Assembly (NCBI GenBank): GCA_964587655.1
Contig: CAZPMT010000007.1
Span: 12,737 to 76,736 of the forward strand
Source of the DNA: an uncultured Nitrospiraceae bacterium
GTDB taxonomy: Bacteria; Hydrogenedentota; Hydrogenedentia; Hydrogenedentales; SLHB01
Reading direction: 5' to 3'
Length of the DNA: 64,000 bases
In this document: one piece after another, positions 54,159 to 62,305 of the stretch
Position numbering within the stretch: position 1 is the stretch's first letter
How the letters are laid out: each line of letters opens with the position of its first letter
Notes under the pieces: generated by a model
Told to the model about the DNA's origin: nothing
The model's database searches: none
The model's input: only the letters and a program-made list of their open reading frames with translations
Program-made: the position numbers and the translations under genes

Positions 54159-55615
54159 TGATACGGCTCAAGGTCAACGGAGCGCGGGTCGAAGTCGCCG
54201 CGGGCGCCTCCCTGCTCGAAGCCGCGCAACAGGCCGGGGCGGAAATACCCACGCTGTGCTACGAAAAGGAAACCGGCGCGCTCACGTCGTGCATGATCTG
54301 CGTCGTAAAGGACCTCGCAAGCGGACGCACGCTTCCCGCATGCTCCGCGAAAGCCCTCGACGGCATGGACATCGACACGGACGGCGAAGAGATCCGGGCA
54401 GCCCGCCGCGAAATCCTCACAATGCTTCTGAGCGAACACGTGGGCGATTGTGAAGCGCCGTGCTCCCGCATCTGCCCCGCTTCGCTGAACGTGCCGCGCA
54501 TGCTCCGATACATCGCCGCGGGCGACATGGATTCCGCCGCGAGGATCGCGCAGCGCGATCTGATCTTTCCAGCCACTCTGGGCCGCCTCTGCACCGCACC
54601 GTGCGAAAAGGGATGCCGCCGCTCATCCTTTGACAGTCCGATTTCGATACGCAAACTACATGGCGGGGCCGCGGAGCAATTCCTCAAGGGCGTCGTCGCG
54701 CGTAACGAGCGCGCCCCGGCGACGGGCAAGACCGTCGCGATTACAGGCGCGGGACTCGCGGGCCTGTCAGCGGCGTGGACTTGCCTTCAGAGCGGCCATG
54801 CGTGCCGTGTTTACGAAAAGCGCGCCACCGCGTGTTTCGCGCTTCGGTCTCTGCCCCCGGAACAGCTTCCGCCGGAGATCCTGGACGCCGAGATTGAACG
54901 CGTCCGTGACCTCGGCGCCGAGTTCGCGTTTGAATGCGAAATCGGCTCGGACGTAACTATCGAATCGCTCCTCTCGGAATTCGACGCCGTGATCGCGGCT
55001 TGTGACATCTCCCATCCACCTCACAAGAAGATGTTCAGCGCTCAGGAAGATGCCATGTTTGTCAGATCCGTTGCCAATGGCAAAGCCGCGGCGCGACGGG
55101 CCGGCGCTTCTCTCCGTGGGCTTCCCGGCGACGGAACCGCCGTGCGCTTTAACTCCCAGATCGGAAGATTGGGCCCGGAGGAAATGCCGTCATACGCCAA
55201 AGAGCGATTGCACTCGGCGGAATCACTGCCCGATGATACGGGCGAAGCAGCACGCTGTCTGCATTGCGACTGTCTCAAACCGGTTTCGTGCAAACTCAGA
55301 CGATACGCCGAGGAATACGAAGTCGGCCCGCACGTCAAGCGGCACATGAAACGCCCGCCGGTCGACCCGATCCAGCGATTCGACAACGTCATGCTCGAAC
55401 CCGGGAAGTGCATCAAGTGCGGGATCTGCGTCGAGATCACGCGCGCCGCGGGCGTGGTTCCGGGGCTGACATTCGTGGGGCGCGGCCTGACCTCGCGCGT
55501 GCAGGCGCCCTTCGGCAAGCCGCTGGAGTTCGGGCTTGGCGAAGTCGCGCTGCAATGTGTACGGGCATGTCCGACGGGCGCGTTGGCGCTTCAAGACGAG
55601 GAGGAAACGGCATGA
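54155..55615 (+). CDS. 2Fe-2S / GltD-like Fe-S flavoprotein with C-terminal Fe-S motifs
   Basis: N-terminal plant-type 2Fe-2S motif as in NuoG/HydA (CYEKETGALTSCMICV...PAC). GltD-type Fe-S domain (HVGDCEAPCSRICPA...LCTAPCEKGC). A single Rossmann motif VAITGAGLAGL. C-terminal CIKCGICVE...CVRACPTGA. Start and stop overlap on both sides. Confidence 0.7.
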   Translation: MMIRLKVNGARVEVAAGASLLEAAQQAGAEIPTLCYEKETGALTSCMICVVKDLASGRTLPACSAKALDGMDIDTDGEEIRAARREILTMLLSEHVGDCEAPCSRICPASLNVPRMLRYIAAGDMDSAARIAQRDLIFPATLGRLCTAPCEKGCRRSSFDSPISIRKLHGGAAEQFLKGVVARNERAPATGKTVAITGAGLAGLSAAWTCLQSGHACRVYEKRATACFALRSLPPEQLPPEILDAEIERVRDLGAEFAFECEIGSDVTIESLLSEFDAVIAACDISHPPHKKMFSAQEDAMFVRSVANGKAAARRAGASLRGLPGDGTAVRFNSQIGRLGPEEMPSYAKERLHSAESLPDDTGEAARCLHCDCLKPVSCKLRRYAEEYEVGPHVKRHMKRPPVDPIQRFDNVMLEPGKCIKCGICVEITRAAGVVPGLTFVGRGLTSRVQAPFGKPLEFGLGEVALQCVRACPTGALALQDEEETA

Positions 55616-56910
55616 GAATCTGCCACCTCGTTCCGGGCAGCGGCGGAACATTCTACTGCCAGAACTGTCTTCGCGACTACGCGCTTGTTCGCGCGCTTCG
55701 GCGGCAAGGCCACGATGTCGTCATGTTGCCCCTGTACCTCCCGCCGTTCGGCGACGACGTCGACGTGGACCACGAAGTGCCGGTCTTCTTCGGCGGCGTC
55801 AACGTCTACCTTCGGGAACGTTTCCCGCTCTTCCGAAGGACGCCGCGCTGGCTGGACCGTCTGTTCGACGCGCCGTGGATGCTCAAACTGGCCGCCGCAA
55901 AGGAAGGCTCGACGAATGCTAGAGAACTTGGTCCCATGACGTTGTCGATGCTCGAGGGCCGGAGCGGGCATCAGAAGAAGGGGTTCAACCGGCTCCTCGA
56001 GTGGATCCAAAGCCAGGGGAAGCCGGACGTGTTCCACATCTCCAATGCGCTCCTGCTCGGGTTGGCTCCCGAACTCAAGCGTGTCCTCGATGTGCCGATC
56101 GTGTGCAGCTTGCAGGATGAAGAGCCTTGGGTCGACGCAATGGCCGCGCCCTATGACCGATTGTGTTGGGAAGCCATCGCCGGCCACGCGGCCCACGTTG
56201 ACGCCTTCGTCGCGACAAGCGCGTGGTACGCGGATCGCATGCGCGGCCGCACGGACATCGCACGCGATCGCATCTCCGTCGTGCACCTCGGCGTTGAGAT
56301 CGCGGATGACGTTCCACCGGACTTACGGCTCGATCCCCCCACGATAGGCTTCCTCGCGCGCCTCAACGAAGCGCAAGGATTCACGATCCTTGTCGATGCG
56401 TTCATGCAACTCAAAGAGGAATCCGAGTTCGGCGATCTTCGCCTTCGTGCGACGGGCGGTTGCACGCCGGCGGATCGCCCTTACGTTGAAGCCATACGCG
56501 CGAAACTCCGAAAGCGCGGGTTCGAAAACTCCGTGGATTTCCTTTCAGGTTTCCAGAGGACCGAACGAACGGAGTTCCTGCGGTCACTCTCCGTTCTATC
56601 GGTTCCGGTGCCGCAAGGGGAAGCCTTCGGCGTTCAACTCATCGAAGCGATGGCGTGCGGCGTGCCCGTCGTCCAGCCAAGCGTCGGCGCGTACCCGGAG
56701 ATAATCGAGGCGACCGGCGGCGGCATTCTTTACGACCCGGACAAGCCCGGCGGCTTGGTCGAGGCGCTCGGATCGTTGCTGCGCGATCCCGGCAATGCGC
56801 GGACGCTGGGACAGCGTGGTCGCGCGGCGGTCCTCGAGCGGTTCAGCATCAACCGCGTGGCGCAGGACATGGTCAAGGTATACACTTCACTCACCAATGC
56901 GGCAAGGTAA
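55612..56910 (+). CDS. GT4-family glycosyltransferase
   Basis: ATGA coupling to the previous gene. N-terminus MRICHLVPGSGGTFYCQNCLRD. C-terminal GT-B motifs (LSVPVPQGEAFGVQLIEAMACGVPVV). Confidence 0.85.
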   Translation: MRICHLVPGSGGTFYCQNCLRDYALVRALRRQGHDVVMLPLYLPPFGDDVDVDHEVPVFFGGVNVYLRERFPLFRRTPRWLDRLFDAPWMLKLAAAKEGSTNARELGPMTLSMLEGRSGHQKKGFNRLLEWIQSQGKPDVFHISNALLLGLAPELKRVLDVPIVCSLQDEEPWVDAMAAPYDRLCWEAIAGHAAHVDAFVATSAWYADRMRGRTDIARDRISVVHLGVEIADDVPPDLRLDPPTIGFLARLNEAQGFTILVDAFMQLKEESEFGDLRLRATGGCTPADRPYVEAIRAKLRKRGFENSVDFLSGFQRTERTEFLRSLSVLSVPVPQGEAFGVQLIEAMACGVPVVQPSVGAYPEIIEATGGGILYDPDKPGGLVEALGSLLRDPGNARTLGQRGRAAVLERFSINRVAQDMVKVYTSLTNAAR

Positions 56911-56947
56911 TTCAGACAATGGGTTGCAACCCATTGTCATACCCGCG
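56911..56947. repeat. copy 2 of the ~37-nt palindromic element (intergenic)
   Basis: TTCAGACAATGGGTTGCAACCCATTGTCATACCCGCG starts immediately after the glycosyltransferase TAA. Flanked by an 11-nt direct duplication GGCAAGGTAAT (56901-56911 and 56950-56960). Confidence 0.85.
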
Positions 56948-56958
56948 ATGGCAAGGTA

Positions 56959-58242
56959 ATGATGAAACGCGCGCTGATATTCATTGTCCTCGTGTGTCTG
57001 GCCCTCTTGGCGGCCATCGCCACCGCCCTCGTTTTTCGTAGTGCGCGAGAAACGCTGCCGCCGCCCGTGTCGGAAAAGGCCGCGCCCGGCCGACAGAAAA
57101 ATGAAAGACAAGGGGTTGCAACCCCTTGTCTACCTGCGCCTCCGCAAGATCGCGCGGAATGGAATACCTACCATGGAGACAATGCGCTCAAAGGAGTCGC
57201 CGACGGCCCGTTGCCCGATCAACTTGCGATCCTCTGGCGTTTCAAGGCGGGTGCGCCGGTTCGCCAGACGCCGGTTGTCCATGACGGGCGCATCTTCTTC
57301 GTCACTGCGCGCGGCGAGGTCGTTGCCGCCGATTTCAACGGGCAGCGCCTCTGGACTCAGGAACTTGTCACCGGAGAACAGAAGGACGGCGCTCCCGTGC
57401 GCGAGCGCATCGATGCGCCCATCGCGTGTTTCGCGGGCCTTGTTTTGGTCGGCTCCTCAGGCGGCGTGCTCTACGCGCTTGATGCATCTCTAGGCAGCGA
57501 GAAATGGCGCGCGCAAGTCGAAGGACCCATCCTCGGCACGCCGAACCGTCTTCAGAACAACATCTACGTCATAGGCCGCGCAAATGGAGTGCTTTATTGT
57601 CTTGACTCCGATTCCGGGCGCGTGATGTGGCGCTCAGAGGAGATCGAACGTTGCGACGGCTCGCCGTCCGTGTCGAAAGACGCCGTTGTCTTTGGCAGTT
57701 GCGCCGCCGCGCTCCACGTGTTCTCGCCAGATACCGGCAAGCTGCTGCGCAACATCGAGATTGATCAAGACTCGCAGGTGGCCGGCGGCGTGGCCCTGGA
57801 CGGCGATCTCGTCGTTTCGGGTTCGCGAAGCGGGAAGGTCCTTCAGGCCGATGTCAAGACGGGCAAGATTCTCTGGACGAATACCGACAGCCAAGACGAG
57901 GTCTTCGCGACGCCCGCCGTCACGTCCGAATGGGTCGTTGCGTGTTCCAACGATGGAATCGTATTCGCGCTAGATCGCGCGACCGGAAAACTCCGTTGGC
58001 GGTTCGATACAAAAGGGATGCCGTCGTCGCCGGTGATCGCAGGTGATAAGATAGTCGTGGCGGCGGACGGCGAGCTTTACCTGCTGCGGCTGGCCGACGG
58101 CGCAAAGCTCTGGTCCCTTAAGATCAGCGACGACGTTACCTCGCCCAGCGTCACGCAAGGGATGGTCCTGCTCGGAAGCGAGGACGGAACCGTGGTCGCT
58201 CTCGGGCAGGCCCAAGGACAGGAAGGAACCGTGGTTCAATGA
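56959..58242 (+). CDS. membrane-anchored/secreted PQQ-like beta-propeller protein
   Basis: N-terminal hydrophobic helix MMKRALIFIVLVCLALLAAIATALVF, a Pro-rich linker, then propeller blades. The stop overlaps the ABC ATPase start (ATGA). Confidence 0.8.
   Translation: MMKRALIFIVLVCLALLAAIATALVFRSARETLPPPVSEKAAPGRQKNERQGVATPCLPAPPQDRAEWNTYHGDNALKGVADGPLPDQLAILWRFKAGAPVRQTPVVHDGRIFFVTARGEVVAADFNGQRLWTQELVTGEQKDGAPVRERIDAPIACFAGLVLVGSSGGVLYALDASLGSEKWRAQVEGPILGTPNRLQNNIYVIGRANGVLYCLDSDSGRVMWRSEEIERCDGSPSVSKDAVVFGSCAAALHVFSPDTGKLLRNIEIDQDSQVAGGVALDGDLVVSGSRSGKVLQADVKTGKILWTNTDSQDEVFATPAVTSEWVVACSNDGIVFALDRATGKLRWRFDTKGMPSSPVIAGDKIVVAADGELYLLRLADGAKLWSLKISDDVTSPSVTQGMVLLGSEDGTVVALGQAQGQEGTVVQ
57106..57138. 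repeat. copy 3 (variant) of the palindromic element, inside a coding sequence
   Basis: AGACAAGGGGTTGCAACCCCTTGTCT is a perfect 26-nt palindrome. It differs from copies 1 and 2 by a paired T>G / A>C change, and the right flank TACCTGCG resembles TACCCGCG. Translated as RQGVATPCLPA in the linker. Confidence 0.8.
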
Positions 58243-58925
58243 ACGGCGATACGCCCATCCTCGATTTGCAGGAAGTCTCCAAGGAGTATCCGTCTGTCCG
58301 TGAACCCGTGCGGGTATTGCGCGACATCGAGTTTCGACTCGATACCGGAGAATGCGTCGCAATCGTCGGCCCTTCCGGGTGCGGCAAGAGCACTCTTCTG
58401 AATCTCATGGGGACGCTGGATGCTCCGAGTTCCGGCCGCGTTCTTTTCAGGGACCGCGATATTGCCGGGCTTTCCCCGGTCGAACTTGCCCGGCTGCGCA
58501 ACCGCGAGATCGGGTTCGTGTTTCAACTGCACCATCTGCTGCCGCAATGCACCGTCATCGAGAACGTACTCGTGCCGACACTCGTGACGCCGGACGCACA
58601 AGACGCATACGAACGCGCGGAGAAACTTCTGGGCCGCGTCGGGCTTGGCGATCGTCTGCATCATCGTCCCGGCCAACTCTCCGGCGGCGAGCGCCAGCGT
58701 GCGGCGGTGGTCCGCGCCCTAATCAACCGCCCGAGTCTGCTGCTGGCCGATGAACCCACCGGCTCCTTGAATGAGGAAGGCGCCGAGCATCTCGCGGATC
58801 TGATTCTCGATCTCAGCCGCGAAGAAGGCATGGCCATGGCCGTCGTCACCCATTCGCTCGCTATCGCCGGACGAATCGGCAGGATACTCGAACTGCGCGA
58901 CGGCCGCCTGGCGCCGAGGAATTAG
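58239..58925 (+). CDS. ABC transporter ATP-binding protein (LolD/MacB/YbbA type)
   Basis: Walker A GPSGCGKST, signature LSGGERQR, Walker B LLLADEPT. Confidence 0.9.
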   Translation: MNGDTPILDLQEVSKEYPSVREPVRVLRDIEFRLDTGECVAIVGPSGCGKSTLLNLMGTLDAPSSGRVLFRDRDIAGLSPVELARLRNREIGFVFQLHHLLPQCTVIENVLVPTLVTPDAQDAYERAEKLLGRVGLGDRLHHRPGQLSGGERQRAAVVRALINRPSLLLADEPTGSLNEEGAEHLADLILDLSREEGMAMAVVTHSLAIAGRIGRILELRDGRLAPRN

Positions 58926-58929
58926 GGCC

Positions 58930-61900
58930 ATGACTCCATTCCGTCTCGTCGCGCGCGGCCTGATGTATCACCGCCGGATGCACGCAGGCCTGCTCATCGG
59001 AGTCGTTCTCGCCTGCGGGATCCTGACCGGCGCACTCCTCGTCGGAGATTCCGTTGCTTACTCCCTCCGCGAGATCGCCACGGCGCGTCTCGGGCGCATT
59101 GCGTACGCCATGGATTGGGGAAGCCGCTTCTTCGCGCAAGACCTCGCGAAACGTCTGCAAGAAAACGACAGCCGCATCCGCCCCGAAGCTGTGCTTTCCT
59201 TGCGCGGCATGGCTTCCGTGCCGCCGGGGAATGATCGTGCGGGAAACCAGATCAACCGCGTTCAGGTGATCGGCGTGGACTCAGGCTTCTGGCGGTTTGC
59301 CGAGGATGCGTCCATATCCGTTGCCTTGGGTCCTCAAGAAGCCGCCGTCAATGAGAAAACCGCCTCCGCGCTCGGCATTCGACCCGGCGACGATCTCCTG
59401 CTTCGCGTTGCCCGTTACGGAACCATGCCGCTCGACGCCCCGCTCTCTTCACGCGAGCACGAACTCACCGTGAGCAGTCTTGTCACGGTGAAAGCCGTAC
59501 TCTCCGACGCCCAACTCGGCCGGTTCGGCCTTGCCGCAAATCAGGCGACGCCCTACAACGTGTTCGTGGACCGCGCATGGTTGCAGGAGCAAACGCAACA
59601 GACAGGTCTCGCCAACCTCATGCTGGCCGGCGATGAAACCGCCTTGAACGATCTCGGCGCCGCATTGGATCGGTCATGGGACCTCGACGACGCCGGCCTG
59701 CGCCTCCGAACCCATCCTCCCGCAACCGTTCAACTCGAATCCGCGCGCATCTTCATCGACGAGGAAGCCGTGCGCGCCGCAATGGATATCCCCGGCGCGC
59801 AGCAGACGCTGACCTATCTTGTGAATTCCATTTCCAAGGGTGAACGGATGACGCCCTATTCGTTCGTCGAAGCCGGACCTGTTTCGCCGGACGTGCGGGA
59901 CGACGAAGTCGTCATCAGCCAGTGGCTGGCCGATCAGCTTCAAGCAGTCCCCGGCGACGCACTCGACATGGCGTACTTCCAGTTGCTCCCAACGAATGCG
60001 TTCGCCGAACGGCAAACGACATTCAAGGTTCGCAGCGTGATACCCATGGACGCACTGGCAATCGAGCGCGATCTCGCCCCGATGTTTCCAGGCCTCAGCG
60101 ACGTCGAGAATTGCCGCGACTGGAGCATCGGCATGCCGATGGATCAGAAGCGCCTCAGCGACCCTGCCAATGAAGCCTATTGGCGGCAATACGGCCAGAC
60201 GCCCAAACTACTCACCACGCTTAAAGTGGGCCAGGACATGTGGGCCAGCCGGTTCGGCGCGGTCACGGCGGTGAGATTCTCCGGTTACGGCGAACCCGAA
60301 TTGCGCAAAATCCTCCGCGATAAGATCTCCGCCGATAAACTCGGGCTGCGCTTCGTCCCCGTCAGGCAGATCGCGCTCGACGCCGTCGCACAGGCAACGG
60401 ACTTCGGCGGACTCTTCGTAGGGATGAGCATGTTCCTGATAGCGGCCGCCTTGATCTTGCTCGGACTCCTGTATGTCTTCGGACTCCAACAGCGCGCATC
60501 TGAAATCGGCGTTCTTCTTGCGCTCGGATTCTCCCGCCGGAGAGTCCGCAGCCTCTTCTTGCTCGAAGCCTGCCCGACTGCGTTTCTCGGGGCCGTCATC
60601 GGCGCGGGCGCGGGCGTTGCATACGCGCGCGTGCTGCTGGCCGGACTCACGCGCCTTTGGCCCGCGGCCGTCGCCGGCACGGACATCCGTTTTCACGTCG
60701 AGCCGGCAAGCGTCCTCATCGGGACATCCGCCGCGCTCGTCTGCGCCTTCCTCATTGTGTTGTGGACCCTCTGGCGCGGCATGCGCCATTCCGCGCGCGA
60801 ACTCATCACAACCGATTTCTCCTCGGACGCCGCGTTTCCAACCTCGGGCAAGCGCCTGTGGGTCCTGCTACTCCCTTCGATATCCCTCGCACTCGCGGCC
60901 GCGATAGCCGTAAACGTTTGGCTGACGAACCCGAGCACGTTCATCGAATCCTTCTTCACCGTCGGAACCCTCCTCATGCTCGCGGGACTCGGCTACTATG
61001 CATGGCTATTGACGTACCTGAGTCGAAGGTCCTCGTTCCGAAGGCCGCGCCTGTGGAAGGTGGCAATCACGAACCTTGCGCGCCGCCGCGGACGCAGCCT
61101 CAGCGTTGCAGGATTGACCGCCTGCGGATGTTTCCTTGTCTTCTCCGTGTCATCCATGCAGGAGAACCTCGCGCTCCACGCGGATGAACGCAGTTCGGGC
61201 ACGGGAGGGTTCGCACTCGTCGCCGACACCACCGTTCCCATCGTTGCCGCCGCCACGGACCTTCGGGAAACTCTCGGAATCGACGCCGTGCCACTCAGGG
61301 TTCGCGACGGCGACGACGCCGGTTGCCTCAATCTGAATCGCGCCACAACCCCGCGTCTATTCGGCGTCAACCCTCAAACGCTCGCCACGCTTGGCGCCTT
61401 TGTCCCCGCGCAGAGCGGAGACGGTTTGTGGGACCTGTTGGATCGCCCGCTTCGCGGCGGGTTCATCCCGGCGATCGTCGGCGACGCCAATACCGCGCTC
61501 TGGGGCTTGAAGAAAAAAACCGGCCTGACCAACGGCGACGTGCTGCCATATCGCGACGAAGCCGGCAGGGAATTCAAACTCAAGCTAGTGGGGCAACTCC
61601 CCATGCGACTGTCCGTGTTCCAGGGATCGATCCTGATTTCCGATGCCGCCTTCACGCGATTCTTTCCTTCAGAAGCCGGATTTCGCGCCTTCCTGATCGA
61701 CGCGCCCCCCGGCAAAGCGCCGGAGATCGCCGCGGTTCTGAACCGGACCTTCGAGCGGTTCGGAATGCAGGCCGTTCCCGCGCTCCAGCGCCTCCAGGAG
61801 TTCTACGCGGTCGAAGCCACCTACCTCGCCATGTTCCTTCTCCTCGGCGGACTAGGACTCATCCTCGGCGCGGGCGGCGTCGGGATTGTAGTCTTACGCA

Positions 61901-62199
61901 ACGTTCTCGAACGCCGCGCGGAAATGGGGCTGCTCCACGCCCTCGGCTACACGCGGTCAACCATGTTTCAAATCCTGTTCGCCGAAAACGGCTCGCTTGT
62001 CCTCGCCGGAATGTTCATCGGCATCCTTGCCGCAACCGCGGCGATCCTCCCCCTAGTCCTGTCCTCGCAAACAACCATTTCGCCAGGCCCTCAACTGACC
62101 CTTCTCCTGCTAATCATCACAACAAACGTCATCAGCGTCGGCCTAATGCTATTCGCCAGCCTCCGAAAAGATCCCACCACCGCCCTCCGCGAAGAATGA
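58930..62199 (+). CDS. large FtsX-family ABC permease with duplicated FtsX domains (YbbP/MacB-like)
   Basis: 1089 aa. Two blocks of four TM helices are each preceded by large extracytoplasmic regions. Starts 4 nt after the ATPase stop. Confidence 0.8.
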   Translation: MTPFRLVARGLMYHRRMHAGLLIGVVLACGILTGALLVGDSVAYSLREIATARLGRIAYAMDWGSRFFAQDLAKRLQENDSRIRPEAVLSLRGMASVPPGNDRAGNQINRVQVIGVDSGFWRFAEDASISVALGPQEAAVNEKTASALGIRPGDDLLLRVARYGTMPLDAPLSSREHELTVSSLVTVKAVLSDAQLGRFGLAANQATPYNVFVDRAWLQEQTQQTGLANLMLAGDETALNDLGAALDRSWDLDDAGLRLRTHPPATVQLESARIFIDEEAVRAAMDIPGAQQTLTYLVNSISKGERMTPYSFVEAGPVSPDVRDDEVVISQWLADQLQAVPGDALDMAYFQLLPTNAFAERQTTFKVRSVIPMDALAIERDLAPMFPGLSDVENCRDWSIGMPMDQKRLSDPANEAYWRQYGQTPKLLTTLKVGQDMWASRFGAVTAVRFSGYGEPELRKILRDKISADKLGLRFVPVRQIALDAVAQATDFGGLFVGMSMFLIAAALILLGLLYVFGLQQRASEIGVLLALGFSRRRVRSLFLLEACPTAFLGAVIGAGAGVAYARVLLAGLTRLWPAAVAGTDIRFHVEPASVLIGTSAALVCAFLIVLWTLWRGMRHSARELITTDFSSDAAFPTSGKRLWVLLLPSISLALAAAIAVNVWLTNPSTFIESFFTVGTLLMLAGLGYYAWLLTYLSRRSSFRRPRLWKVAITNLARRRGRSLSVAGLTACGCFLVFSVSSMQENLALHADERSSGTGGFALVADTTVPIVAAATDLRETLGIDAVPLRVRDGDDAGCLNLNRATTPRLFGVNPQTLATLGAFVPAQSGDGLWDLLDRPLRGGFIPAIVGDANTALWGLKKKTGLTNGDVLPYRDEAGREFKLKLVGQLPMRLSVFQGSILISDAAFTRFFPSEAGFRAFLIDAPPGKAPEIAAVLNRTFERFGMQAVPALQRLQEFYAVEATYLAMFLLLGGLGLILGAGGVGIVVLRNVLERRAEMGLLHALGYTRSTMFQILFAENGSLVLAGMFIGILAATAAILPLVLSSQTTISPGPQLTLLLLIITTNVISVGLMLFASLRKDPTTALREE

Positions 62200-62271
62200 C
62201 CGTCCAACAATACCAGAACCAGGAAAACGCCGACCCGGACGACAGAGCCCGACAAGGACGGACGCCGGCGA

Positions 62272-62300
62272 TTCACCCTCAAACTAATCCGTGCTATAAT
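62272..62300 (+). promoter_or_regulatory. near-consensus extended -10 promoter
   Basis: TTCACC, a 17-nt spacer, then TGCTATAAT (TGnTATAAT), in the non-coding stretch after the permease gene. Confidence 0.4.
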
Positions 62301-62305
62301 CCTAG

